NCBI RefSeq assembly: GCF_006345805.1
Contig: NC_043004.1
Location: 105,028,001 to 105,092,000, forward strand
DNA: 64,000 nt
Origin: Octopus sinensis
Lineage: Eukaryota
Reading direction: 5' to 3'
A program made the position numbers and the translations under genes. Below are positions 1 to 13,049 of the stretch, piece after piece. Below the pieces are notes generated by a model that made no database searches, was not told the origin of the DNA, and saw only the letters and a list, made by a program, of their open reading frames with translations. Each line of letters begins with the position of its first letter. Positions within the stretch are counted from its first letter, which is position 1.

Positions 1-1361
1 TTATATATGTGTGTGTGTGTACATACATACCGACAAGTCTTAGGCTTTGGTTATAAAATTTTAAAAACTGACATTTTATTTTCGTTTATAATGAGGTTTT
101 TTTTTCTTTCTAATTAAATTAACTATTTGCTCAAATTTACCTCCTCATTTCGGAGATGTACTTACCAGACAAATGATTTGATCTTCTGGGACCGTATATA
201 GAAACAAAAACGATTGCAGTCTGGTAGACGCATATTATCCATTCAAAAAAGCAAAAAAAAAATTAACTATTTGCTGTCAAAATTGTCGTCGCAAGTGCGA
301 CCTGGTAACTGATGCGATTCCTTACCCGTAGTTTTGGTAATCAAAACTTAAAATGTCCATAATACATAATTAAAATATTTATGTTGAATTTCTCTACTCC
401 CAAATAAGTTATTTATTAATAATGGTTTGGTAAAGTTTCTACATTTTAAATAAACAACTTGGCTCCTGTTGTTGATTATGAGCCTCAACACTAAATTCTG
501 AATACAACCTGAAGTTATTCCTCAAACCTTATTTCCATCACTTCTTAGAATGAGTCGATGAAAATTGGGTCCCATTTTACCTAATTGCACCGAGTTTTTG
601 GTATGGTTGACTAGGACCGTCCTGGTTGGGGTACAAGTTTTGTGTTCGTAATTATTATATCAACATATTTTTGTTATAAATATTCTTTGTATCAAAGTGT
701 TATGTTTTGTTCTGGTAATTTATGTTATATTCTAATATTGGCATCATTTTTCATTATTATTTGTTTTTAATGTCTATAAATTGTGCTACAACGGTTTTGC
801 AACTAACTCAGCATAGATGGGTCCCGTATCGGTCGAAGATGGTAAATAATCACGACCAGATTTAAGCATCTGGTTAAGATAATTCACATTTTCTGAAAAA
901 AGTGTGCACCTCTCAGTTTCCTTTTTGTTCCTCCCAGCAATAATCGGACTTTAATCTGAGTACTATGAACTCACTTAGATTTTATCCTACTGTTGCACAT
1001 TTCCTCTCCTCCCCAGTTTGTTCCTCTATGTCTATAAGTGGTGATGGCCTGTATGAAAACGGGTCAGGCAGACTTAGTTGGAGCACAATAGTTACAGGTT
1101 TCGATTCCAGTTGGAAGCCCCTTCACATCACTTGCATCGTTAATAGCGTTGAGTAAGGCAGGAACATTAGAAATATCAGTTCCTCTCCCAAAGGAAACCC
1201 TTTATTAGCAAACCTGACTTTTAATGTGTCTGAGACCAGCTGTATTTTTCATCGACTGTTTTGCTTATGTATCTCGTGGACAAAAGAGGACTCCTGGTTG
1301 CTATCCTACTACGAACATTACATTATGTTGTAAGGTCCCAATCAGCTTAGTTCACATAAAC

Positions 1362-1620
1362 CTATAAGCATAGCTTAGAGGTTTGTAGGTTGAACGATTG
1401 AGTGCGTTTTATTGATCCACGTGCTTCCTGCATCCATCGACTACTGGACGACAATGCTGCACACTCCGATGTGCAGTGGTTAATCTGATGGTGTGCAAAG
1501 TAGCAGCAGTCTGGGCATGTTGAATCTTCTACATTGTCCAGTCTGTTCCTGTATGTCTGCTGCTTTAGTCCCAAGAAAAGCTCTCACTGAGCTATAATCA
1601 AAGATGCTCCATCCATAAAT
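1362..1620 (-). mobile_element. Degenerate LINE ORF2 C-terminal (CCHC) fragment
   Basis: Reads IIAQ*...TYRNRLDNVEDSTCPDC...NHCTSEC, like the C-terminal zinc knuckle of non-LTR elements. Confidence 0.4.
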
Positions 1621-2149
1621 TGTCCTGGTTTTTTTTCTCTTTTATTTCCTTTTTTGTTTTTTTTCCTTTCTGTCACTGCATATAAATTAAAAAGCCTTCT
1701 TGCATAACATAATGATTAAATATTTGAATTGTTAAACCTATAGTCAATAGCCAAGTGTCTTAACTTTCCAGATGATTTACTTCACTCCAAGCAAAATATT
1801 TGCCCTATTTCTGTTATTTACTGTGATCCTGTTTGCAACCTCATACTTTTCAACTATAAAACACTTGATATGTCCTCTACTCACATCACATTTGAGCTAT
1901 GCAACCAATTCTGTCAAAACTTATATGAGGGAGTGGTCTGAGCTAGTTAACATCAACAATATTTATGATGTTATATGGGCCACCTTTATTTTGTGGCTGT
2001 TCACTTTGATATTTTATGATATTGAGTAGTGTATTTTCACATCATATATTCATGTAATGATAGTAATTTTGTTTATGTTTCATCTTTCATGAACTGGACA
2101 GGTATATATCATCTCATTCTTCTTCCTACATTGACTGTTTTCCATTAAG

Positions 2150-2690
2150 GTTTGCATGGTGCCACATAAAAAGCACCCAGTCCACTCTGTGAAATGGTTG
2201 GCAATAGGAAGGGCATCCAGCCATAAAAACTAAGCCAAATAAACCTTACTGGTACTGATGTCGTATAAAAAGCATCCAGTCCACTCTGTAAAGTGTTTGG
2301 CATTAGAAAGGGCATCCAGCTGTAAAAACTAGGCCAAATAGACCTTATTGGTACTGGTGCCACGTAAAAAGCATCCAGTCCACTCTGTAAAGTGTTTGGC
2401 ATTAGAAAGGGCATCCAGCTGTAAAAACTAGGCCAAATAGACCTTATCGGTACTGGTGCCACGTAAAAAGCATCCAGTCCACTCTGTAAAGTGTTTGGTA
2501 TTAGAAAGGGCATCCAGCTGTAAAAACTTGGCCAAATAGACCTTATTGGTACTGGTGCCACGTAAAAAGCACCCACTCCACTCTGTAAAGTGGTTGGCAT
2601 TAAGAAGGGCATCCACCCATAAAAACTAGGCCAAAACAGACAGTGAAGCTTGGTGCACTGGCTTGCCAGCATGGAAGGCAAACATTACAT
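2150..2690 (+). repeat. About 5 x 99-bp tandem repeat derived from the RTE 3' UTR repeat
   Basis: Unit gccacgtaaaaagcatccagtccactc...ggtactggt recurs with period 99 (gcc at 2359, 2458, 2557). This produces the spurious 33-aa-periodic ORF 2145-2681. Confidence 0.85.
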
Positions 2691-4456
2691 GATGAAACTG
2701 TTGTACAAGGAGAGGAATCCTTTAACATCTGGCTAAGTAATGGGATCTGCAATGTCTTGTAGCTACAAGAATCTCTAGCTCTCCAATAAATAGCTTTTCA
2801 ATAAATTAGCTTTTCACTTCAGTTGTTTTGTGACCCACCACCACCACCACCAGTTATAGTATATATAGAACCATGGGAGATTTGGCTAGTATTTTTATTA
2901 GTTTGGATGATGTTAAAGGAGTCTTGAACCTCGTCAAGATTTGAACATGAACATAGTCACTATATTTCAAAGAAGATATCTCTGCTGACCACATCATTGT
3001 ATGATTATATTTAAAGTGTAGATTCAGTATTACTTGGTCAAACTCTTGAACCTAATCTATTGACCCATCTATACTGTTCTGCTAAGAAGCCTCTATAACA
3101 CATCACTCAGCCTGATAAAAATAGTAGCCAAATTTCAGTGGTTCTAAATACACTGTTACTAAACGGTAGGAAAGAACTAGATAATCATATCTTGGATGCC
3201 TTTGATTAAGGGTCTATTTTATCAGGGCTGACTTGAGACTCAACAAAAACAGTGAACCATTGATACTTAAAACTATATCACAGCATGTGTTCCCATCTCT
3301 TGTTCATCTACCATTACTATAAGATAATGTTTGTCATGTACCCTCTTCTCCCTTTCTTCAAATTGACTCTAGTACCACAATGGTCTTCATTACCCAATGT
3401 AATAGTATTTCCTGCTACAATGTTATAAATTAATTCCTATGTTGGTGTACATAATCCTGTTTTCATTTCCCAGTCTGACATAGATCTAAAAATCAAGGTT
3501 TATTGGATTATTGGAGTAGGCCTGAATGTTATAGCTGGATGACTGCTATTTCTATCTTTAATGCAATGGTTCATAGAGCTTTTTTTTTCTTCTTTTTTTG
3601 CTTCTCTCTCTCCCTCTTTCATATACTTTAGAGCAAATAAGTATTTTATTGCAATTTGTATATAACATCAAAACTAGATTAAAAAAAAAAAACCGTATAT
3701 TTTAGCCTGTATATAATTTAAACTACAGAAAATTATGTTCTTAATTCTTACTTCAATAAATGATATATCTAATTATCCTGACTTTATAGACAAAATATCA
3801 GTTTGCATTTTTCACATTTAAAAAAAATATATAATTTTATTTTTGCATTGTTCCTGTTTATAATGGCACATCATTTGTGAACCCCACCTTTGGCCACTCA
3901 CCTGTGATGTGGTACTACTGATGGTTTAGGTGCATGTAATATCTCTTTATGTCACAAAACATTGTCTTTAGCATCCTTTGAACTCTTTTATCTTCTGGTC
4001 AGCAGACTTTTTATCTTCTGTTATGTAGGGTTTCTACCTTTGTATGATCCTCATCATATCCAGCCCAAATATTCTTCCTGCCTTTTATCAAACCAACCAG
4101 TCAGATCTAGCCTCTCACACCCAATAATGTCATTATAAAATATACAAGAACATCATTAAAATACCAAAGCTACAATATAATGCATGAATAATTCAAAAAC
4201 AGCGTGAATAAATAAGCTTTTCCTTTAACAGAATAATATGAATGTTAAAGGGCCAAGAACTGAACTTCTTAACTATTTGACTTTGTATCCATATAGCATA
4301 TGCAATGTAGGAGAGTATTGTAGTTTGCTTGAAGCATTGTGTATTGTTTGTAAAGAATAAAAAAGAATAAAAAAGTTTTGAATGGTACAACAATGCACTA
4401 TAATATAAAAAAAATAATAAAATGGACAATATACCTGTTGTAATTTAGTCATCCAT

Positions 4457-4800
4457 TCATCATCATCATCATCGTTTAACGTCCGTTCTCCATGCTAGCA
4501 TGGGTTGGACGGTTCGACCGGGGATCTGGGAAGCCAGAAGGCTGCACCAGGCTCCGGTCTTATCTGGCAATGTTTCTACAGCTGTATGCCCTTCCTAACG
4601 CCAACCACTCCGTGAGTGTAGTGGGTGCTTTTTACGTGCCACCTGCACTGGTGCCAGGTGAGGCTGGCATCGGCCACGGTCGGATTGGTGCATTTTACTT
4701 GCCACCTGCACGGAAGCCAGTCGAGGCGGCACTGGCTTCCGTGCAGGTGGCACGTAAAATGCACCAATCCGACCGTGGCCGATGCCAGCCTTTGTCTGAT
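4457..4800 (-). mobile_element. RTE-LINE 3'-end derived interspersed repeat with (GAT)n tail
   Basis: (CAT)n-cgtttaacgtccg...gggtgcttttacgtgccac. Other copies at about 14930-15085, 16490-16640, 26285-26860, 27660-28130, 28630-28935, 39150-39615, 44850-45200, 46085-46380, 47750-47940, 50660-50940, 58440-58640 and 63660-63830. The 26700-26860 end is homologous to the RTE 3' UTR at 17995-18110. Confidence 0.75.
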
Positions 4801-5256
4801 GATATTTTGGAATACAATTCCTTCTTCAGATTTTCTTAGATGGAGTTGCTGCTATAATCGGTTTTCCAACGGCTTTTCTTTTTTCGGAAGCATCTCAGCT
4901 GTGGTCTCATGAAGCTCCTTCCAGAATTCCTCATATGTAATGTGTAGTGTTATAAAGTTTAGATGCCAAATATATATCATAAATAAACTAAATACATTTC
5001 ATATCTGAATTCAGATATGAATTTTTAATTCACTGTAAATAATATGAGGGCACCGTTAGTATGACTGGGATTTCTGATGATGATATATTTTTCTTAAATT
5101 TACTATTTTGACTCTATTTTACTGTCTCACCTGTATTTAGCTATGAAATATGGCAAGATGATATAAGCAAAATACTAAATTAGATATTTTTTAATATATT
5201 GTTTCTTTCTTACCTATATGGCTTTTTTATTAACTTTGAATTTTCACTAATTGCAG

Positions 5257-5941
5257 GTGTGTCACCATTTCCTACATTGCTGCCACCTCAACTATTTTGT
5301 TCAGTCGAGCAAAAGCTAAAGAACATGCCCAGAAAATCCTTCAACTTCTTATAGATTTCAGTTATGAAGATAACCCTATTTTTTTCCACCTCTTCAGTAA
5401 CGGAGGTTCCATCATTTATCATCATATTTCTTCACTCTTAGGCAATGCTTCAGAGTTTAAACATCTTAAAGTTTGTGGATCTGTTTTTGACAGTGCTCCA
5501 GGAAAACCTCGGCCAATCAATGCTATAAAATCCATACTGATTGTTTTCCAACATTGGAATATTATCTTTCGGCTGTTTGCTGCTCTCTTTTTGTTCATCT
5601 ATCTACATTTCACTGTCATTAAACACAAGATTTTAAATTATTTTATGGGACCAGACCACGGTGATGTCTATTCATTCCTGAAAAATGACTCCGGATATTT
5701 GATGCCTCAGCTCTATCTATATTCCTCTGTTGATAAAATAATAATGTCTGATGACATTGAACAAATGATAAAGTTTCGTGAAGAGAGTCTTGGGGTTAAA
5801 ATCTTTAAACATAAATGGACAGATTCTTCACATGTCAAACACTTTGTCTCTCATAGAGAAACCTATATTAACACTTGTTACAGCTTCTTGGATACATGTC
5901 TGAAAGAATTTATTCAAAAGTCTGAAAGTTCAAAGTTTTAA
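5257..5941 (+). CDS. TMEM53: TMEM53-like (DUF829 alpha/beta hydrolase fold), terminal coding exon
   Basis: Acceptor ttgcag| at 5251-5256. Phase-2 exon reads CVTISYIAATSTILF...PIFFHLFSNGG...VCGSVFDSAPG...PQLYLYSSVDKII...WTDSSHVKH, matching the TMEM53 motifs FHVFSNGG, FDSAPG, LYLYS and HVxH. Stop at 5941. The upstream exon (expected to encode xxLLGW) was not found in the window. Confidence 0.9.
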
Positions 5942-6339
5942 ACCAAGGTTTGGAAATGTATTTTCTATTTTTTTTTTATATATTTTTTTTATTAGATTAA
6001 TTATTGTTGCTTCATACAACCTAGAGGCAAGTATATGTCATACTCACTTTCTTGCCCAATTATTGGATGTAAAAGCTGTGTTGGGCTAATTGTTTCAATA
6101 ATATATCTGCAAATTGCATTGAACAGTTAAAAGAAGTGATGAAAATAATAATCCAGAGCATGACCATTCTATCTGCTGAAACTAGTGCTTGTGATTGTAA
6201 CTCAGAAAAAAAAAGAATATTTTCTTTATTATGTTACCAGCATGGCTTACTGTGAAGAATTGAATACTTTACAAGACATATTGTGATTAAAAATAAATAA
6301 TATAGATTTAAAGGATGATTTAAAAGTATTCCTAAAAGG

Positions 6340-6730
6340 TGTAGGGTTTCAGAGCGCCTTGTTTCTCTGGGTATGGATTCACTGAAGCTCCGGCGTCTGG
6401 CGACGGACTTGGTATACACCCACAAGGTTATCAACCACCTCACCAACAACAACACTGAACACCTTTTTGATCTCCATGTGTCTAACACACGTGGACATGC
6501 CTACAAAGTCAGAAAACAGCACAGCTCCCATGACTTTCGGAAACATTTTTTCACGCTCAGGGTTGCTGAAGCGTGGAATAAACTGCCTGCATCAGTTGTT
6601 GACTGCATCCTTTAAGGCCCTCATGCTTCCCGAAATCCGTCGAAACTACACCTGATTATATATACACTTTAGATGAGTTGTAGTGCACCTGAGCACTGTA
6701 CACAATTATTATTATTATTATTATTATTAA
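6340..6730 (+). mobile_element. 5'-truncated CR1-type LINE 3' end with (ATT)n tail
   Basis: ERLVSLGMDSLKLRRLATDL...NTRGHAYK...RKHFFTLRVAEAWNKLP is a CR1 ORF2 C-terminus. Its 3' UTR is near-identical to 23172-23430. Confidence 0.9.
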
Positions 6731-6839
6731 TTGTTTTTGTTTTCCTTCACTAAGCCTCCCTAAGTTCAGGTAAAGTGACAGTCATGAGTGGATTTGAATT
6801 CAGCGGGCAGTAAACAATTTGGAAGAATGTCTAGGCATA

Positions 6840-7255
6840 CTCTTTTACTCTTTACTCTTTTACTTGTTTCAGTCATTTGACTGCGGCCATGCTGGAGCAC
6901 TGCCTTTAATCGAGCAACTCGACCCTGGGACTTATTCTTTTGTAAGCCCAGTACTTATTCTCTCAGTCTCTTTTGCCAAACCGCTAAGTAACGGGGACAT
7001 AAACACACCAGCATCGTTTGTCAAGCAATGGTTTGTCAAGCTAGGGGGACAAATACAGACACACAAACACACACACGCATATATATATACATATATACGA
7101 CGGGCTTCTTTCAGTTTCTGTCTACCAAATCCACTCACAAGGCTTTGGTCGGCCCGAGGCTATAGTAGAAGACACTTGCCCAAGGTACCACGCAGTGGAA
7201 CTGAACCCAGAACCATGTGGTTGGTAAACAAGCTACTTACCACACAGCCACTCCT
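6840..7255 (-). mobile_element. tRNA-derived SINE family A
   Basis: Reverse strand begins aggagtggctgtgtggtaag...ggttctgggttcagttccac (A/B-box-like). Near-identical copies at 33037-33432 and 36372-36785; partial copies at 12110-12240, 30410-30540, 39945-40190 and 40733-40890. Confidence 0.85.
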
Positions 7256-7779
7256 ATAAAATTTTAAAGTGTGGTTAGTGAGGATGTCTAAAGATATAGA
7301 AGAGAATTCAAAGCCAGGAAGAGAAATTATTCTTAGACATTTGAGGGAATGTAGAGATCAAAGGGGCATTGTCAACAGAAGTGGACACCTCAAATAACAA
7401 AGAAGTTTTAAATGTATTACATAAAAAATTTGACTGTATTGTTTGCATATCCTAAGAAGCTTTTAATATGAACTGTTTGAACCTTGGATTAAGTTTGAAT
7501 TACTGTAGATATAGCTTTTCAGTTCCTTTATATATATATATGGGTATGAAGGAGAAAAAAATCAATGTTTCCATTATCTTTGAAATGTTAGCAGTAAGAT
7601 GATTCTAGTGAGGCTGGAAGTTCTTTTTATTTTTTGCTTACACTAAGGGAAGTTGAATCAATTTTTCAGTATAGAGTTGTGTGTTTGGGAAAATAAGAGA
7701 CCAGATGAAAATTTGATTGAGAGCATGGTTTATGTTAAAATTAGAATTGATAGTGAAAGTACATGGCCAAGTGGTTGAG

Positions 7780-8040
7780 GTGTTGCACTCATGATCATGA
7801 GACCATGGTTTCAATTCCCAGACTGAGCAATACATTTCAGTTAGGTTACTCTTCAATCACTTCAACATGTGACACACCATGCACCTGTACAGGTAATGTC
7901 CATTTGTGGAGAGAGTGGGATCAGGTACTACACACATATTTGATCACTATAGACAAATCATCTATGTTGGTTGCTCAGCAATAAGTTGCAGAATCATTTT
8001 TCTTGGACTACAAGAAACTACCATAAAGGAGATGGTAATG
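7780..8040 (+). mobile_element. Older tRNA-derived SINE (family B)
   Basis: tggccaagtggtt...ggtttcaattccc head. Body homologous to 26860-27120 (cacctgtacaggtaatgt...atttgatcactata). Confidence 0.6.
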
Positions 8041-8053
8041 AAGTGAATGAATA

Positions 8054-8545
8054 GTACATTATTTAAATTCGGCGAATATTTGTCCTCATCTTTGTTGTTG
8101 TTAACACTACGTTTTGGCTGATATACCCTCCAGCCTTCATCAGGTGTCTTGGGGGAATTTCAAACTTGGGTTCTCATTCCTAAGGTATTTTTCGATGTTG
8201 TTATTATTATTGTTATTATTATTGTTATTGTTCAGGTCACAGCTTGGAATCAAACTGGGAATCTTGGGGTTAGTAGCCTGCACTCTTAACCACCACGCCA
8301 TATGCCTATGGGCCCACAGGCATATGGCGTAGTGGTTAAGAGTGCAGGCTACTAACCTGAAGATTCCGAGTTCGATTCCAAGCAGTGATCTGAACAATGA
8401 TAATAGTAACATTGAAAAATACCTTAGGAATGAGAACCCAGGTTCGAAATTTCCCCAAGACACCTGAAGAAGGCTGGGGGGGGGGGGGTATATCAGTCGA
8501 AACATTGTGTTAACAACAAACTTCCTCATCTCTTAAATGTAGAAT
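8054..8545. mobile_element. Head-to-head palindromic tRNA-SINE/hammerhead element, 10-bp TSD
   Basis: TGAATGAATA at 8044-8053 and 8546-8555; inverted arms meet at ggg|ccc (8312/8313). Confidence 0.85.
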
Positions 8546-9599
8546 TGAATGAATAATGTTGGTTGTAGGGGCATGGGTGTTGCTGACAGTCATATCTGAG
8601 TTGAGCAGAAAAGAAAATATAATAGAAAGTTGACGAAAATAGTTTGTCTAAGAACCAGCTGTTTTGTTTCAGTGAGCTAATGGATAAATCATTCCTTTTT
8701 GTAGTGATTCATAGAGGAGGGTTGTGCAAGGATAAGAGACTGGTGGACAATTTACAGTGGGTGGAAGACATCATCATCATTATTTTAATATCCACTTTTC
8801 CATGCTTGAACCTGAAACCATGTGGTTGGGAAGCAAACTTTTCAACTCCACAATCATACATATACCTATTATTTGTTTTAGAATGGGGCATAGGGGACAG
8901 GTTGGTGAAAATAGTGGACTTCGTTTTGTTGGGGACTAAATGTGATCGGTACTAACATAATATGACAATAGGTGAAGATTGTTTCTCAGAAAACAGCTTG
9001 GTGAATTCAATGATTTTTCTTCTTTTTTTTTTTTTTGTATTGGAAAATTGATAATCTTCACTGTTTTTTAATTCTGTTTTTCTCATTACAAATTTATTTC
9101 TTTTTCAGAATCTGTGTGCTATGACAATGAGATGAGATATATATGTATGTGTATATATAATGTAATACTCTGCTTCTCACAACATTCATGTGTTCGAGTG
9201 TTATGTATGAAATGGCCTTAACCATGGAACAAAATCGAAGACCTAGTTGAAATTTTTAACAAAATGAAACTATCTTTTGATGAGCAATCAATTTAGGCAT
9301 CAAATAAATATTTTTTTAAATGTATAAAATGTGAAATTTTCACAGATCCTGCTAATTATTATATGGCTGATTAACTCATTTGTCAGCGCTCACAAAGATG
9401 TTGTGCAAGTTTCTTTAATTCCCCAAAGGCACATAATTAGCAAGATCATATTTGTATGAAGGCTTATATGGTGAATTTTTAAAATTTTAATTTTATATGC
9501 TTAAGCTTTGTTAAATAATGGCTTTCAAATTTTGGGATTTATTTATTTCAACAGTTAAGCTTGGTGAAACCTAGGTTTGGAATATTGATTAGTTCAACT

Positions 9600-9805
9600 C
9601 ATTAGCATTTAAACCAGCCATATCCGACCCAAATATTCTACCTGTTTTTTTGTTCAAACCAGAAAGATATGACCTTGCACACCTACCCTACAATATCATT
9701 CTAAAAGTAAACAATCATTGAAATCTTGAAGTTTCAAGATGTACTTGCTTAATTCAGAACAATAAACAAACATATTTGACAGAGTAATCTGAATGCTAAG
9801 GTTAT
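9600..9805 (+). mobile_element. MITE-like repeat (ends like TAACCCTTTAGCATT...AATGCTAAAGGGTTA)
   Basis: Homologous copies at about 4060-4250, 41585-41820 and 47455-47645. Confidence 0.65.
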
Positions 9806-12800
9806 CATGTGGTTTGTGACAATTAACAATGATAATAGGTGGGGAAAAAAGTTCCTTCAAATTCATTAATGTTTCTAGTCTTTATCTTCTAACCTTAAAG
9901 AAAAACTTTAAAAAAAAATCATGTGAGTTATGAATGTATACATTTGTAAGTCTGTATTTGAAATGTTGATTACTTGGTTTGAATAGATTATAATCTCCTC
10001 GGAGTGCATAACAATATTTTCTGGAACATCAGCTAATTCTTGACATAGCAGACTCTTAAATATTGGAATGGGGATTTCATTTGAATGTAGTACAGGTCAT
10101 ATTGTAGTGTCAAAATCAGGTCCTGATAAAGCAAAACCGAGTAAAAATTTGTGCTCAGCACACCCAAATTATCTCGAACTGTCAAATCTAATTCAGTAGA
10201 TAAAAAATTGAAATTTGTTCCCCAGTGTTATCTTTTAGTAAGCCAATCTCTCGTTGCTGTGCCATCTAATGTGATTTGACCTTTTACCTGTCCTGTGAAT
10301 TACATCAGATACACAGGACATATTTTCCTGGTGTCTAAGCATCATAGAGTAACTTGTGTCTTATGAAAGGAAAGCTTTATAGTCAGAACGTATGAAATAA
10401 GGGCTAACTAAAAGTCTGAAAACAAGCATAGAGGTTTAGGACAAACTTATGAAAATGCTTTGAATGAGCAAAGTGTTAAGTGACTATTATCATAACCTAG
10501 TGATTCAGTGACGTTCATTTGTCTACATTCTTAATTCATATCTCAGTAAAATCCTGTTATCTTTCAATTTTCTTGGGGTCAAAACCAAAATATGTGGTCT
10601 AGTGTCACAACTGGTTACTGTCTTTTTATATTATTATGTGGCAACCTATGATCAAAGGTGACCCAGTTGTGATCATCCTTTTCTTTTAAGAGTATGTCTG
10701 AGATTACATTATCCAATATGTCTTATTTAAGATAGTAGTGTGATTTGAAGGAGACTTAACTACTATTTCTAGGAAAATGCGTGTTCACATACAGGATGCA
10801 TTGTTTTCCCTGTATCAGGCATACACAACCTTTGAGGTGGGGCCACATGTGGCATGGCTCATCATCAAACAGGACAATTATTAAAAAAATTGGAGGCAGT
10901 TTTTCATTAGGCATGCCATTCAAATGGTGAACTGACTCATTTTAAGTCATTTTAACTGAAACTTGTCTCAAAGATTCTAGGTCCTTGCAAGCAGACCAGT
11001 TATATATATATATATACTGGAGAATATATTTGAAGTGTATGCAGTGATAATGTCACTGCCATAAAGTATTTTTGTAATAATTTCAAAATAATAAAGATGG
11101 GAAATGTCTTTTAAATTTTGGGAGTCTTAATGATTATGTTTTTGCAGTTTTAAATGTTACTAATCCCTTCCGTCCATGACCAACTGCTTGAAATGGTGTA
11201 ATTCCACCAATGCTCTGAACTTTGTGTGTGTACAGATATTCTCTATACCCCCACCCCACCCCAATCTCTCTTATTGTCCGACAGAATTTGTTGAGGCAGA
11301 TTTTCTTTGGTCAATGCCCTTCCTGTTGCTGATCCTTACCTGGTTCCAAACAATACTTTCCCAAAGCTTGACAGTTCTTTACTCTCTGAGTTGAATCCTC
11401 ACTGAGGCCTACTTTTTCTTTCTCCCTTCCATAGTCAGTAAAATATCATACTAAATTAGATATTTTCTTTTCCCAAATTTGTGATTACTTAAGAAAATCA
11501 GTATACACTTTGCATTGTGGGGATATTCCCTTCATCAGCTGCCAACTGAAGATCACAATGATTTCAGTACTTTCCAACAATTTTGCTCCTTCTAGTCATG
11601 ATACCAAGTAGCATTGATGCTAACAGGGAATATTTAGATTATTTGAGCCTACACTGACATGCTTTTCTTTTTCTTTGTTATTCATTCCCTCACCGTATCA
11701 ATCCAACTGCAATTGTAACCACTCCATGCAGTAACTTTTGTTTTTATTACTTGCTGAAGAGTTTTTCTTTATTATATAATAATATAAAATGAATATAAAC
11801 GTGTTTGGTTACAATGATTATAAGTATGCAAGTTCTATAAAAATGTTTACACATGCATGCACACACAAACCCAACAAATAAGCTGCTTCACAGTTTAGTT
11901 TTCCTCATCTTAAAGCTGACAACTGATTTTACAATGTATTAGATGTATTAGATTCTGATCTATGCGTTTAGTCATTGCTTTAAAGTGGGAGGAAAAAAGG
12001 GATCAAAGATACATCCCAAACCATAGGCTAATAAGCCCAGTTTCCTGGATTCTGTGGCATATATATTCCCTTCCCCTTGGATAGGATGCCAGTCCATCAC
12101 AGAATTATTCACCTTTGTCAGCTAAGTGGTACGTGAAATGAAGTGTTTTGCTCAAGAGCACTACACATCACCCAGTCCAGGAACCGAAACCACATTTTAC
12201 GATCGTGAATGCCACACCCTGACTACTAACCCACACACCTTCGCATAAAATATAGTGGAACTGATAAAAAATATGCATATCAATACTGGTTATGATATAC
12301 AGAGCAACTGTTGGAGAAATAACCTAAGTTTATTCTGTTGATGATCCATTGTGATTCTGCATTTAATTGCACTTGGGACATCTAATGCAAAGGTTGTAAA
12401 TAACTCCAATGGTGAAATGTATGAAAGGAACATATTATATTCATTTGTGTTTACCATAATTTCTCCTAAATTTTCCCTGTATATCATAACCAATAACACT
12501 TAGTAAATGCAGTAGTAACCACACTACTATGCTGAGAGCAAATTGGATTATAATAGTCCATATGTAACTCTAAACTTACCAGTAGCAATCATAAATCTAA
12601 TGGTATGCACAAGATATACTATATCTCTACTTAAACTAAATGTACTGAACAAGTGGTTCCAATATGTATTTCCAACTCTTTAAATGTTTCCACAAAGGGA
12701 AATGAAAATTTTAGTTGAATTTAACCAGTATGTTTATTAAGAAACATCCTAGAATAGTGTAAAAATCAGTCGAAAAGGGGATCGTTTAAAAACCATGGTA

Positions 12801-13049
12801 TACTGATTTTTCTGGCCTAAAGTTAGCTATTATTTCACACTGCTACCAAACCACTTTTTAGCTCTTTCTTTTATTTGCTTCTTCAATATATTAGATTTTT
12901 TTTTTCCAAATGTAGTTAAATTGACTTTTGTTTTGTTTTTCCTTGCAACATTGTTTTGATGTTTTCTTTCAAAAATAAACCCTTTTACTATAAACATTGA
13001 TTTTATTAAATAACTATTCTTACTTTTGAAGACGTATTTGTTTGCACTG

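Noticed and set aside
2145-2681. 178-aa repetitive ORF
   Set aside because: It is the reading frame of a 99-bp tandem repeat derived from a retroposon tail; no gene context.
6819-7259. 146-aa ORF and similar ORFs at 33050, 36554, 4492, 27829, 39034
   Set aside because: They lie wholly within SINE or RTE-tail copies.
8320-8390. tRNA-like sequences in SINE heads (also 15725-15790 and 21350-21420)
   Set aside because: A/B boxes are present but there is no complete acceptor stem, and they are embedded in repeated elements; not tRNA genes.
10000-10300. Possible DNA-transposase remnant (PDFDTTI*PVLHSNEIPIPIF, minus strand)
   Set aside because: Only a short motif-like resemblance; family and boundaries cannot be established without a search.
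11515-11545. CUGAUGAAGGG..CCC on the minus strand
   Set aside because: Lacks GAAA and the stem III/I elements.
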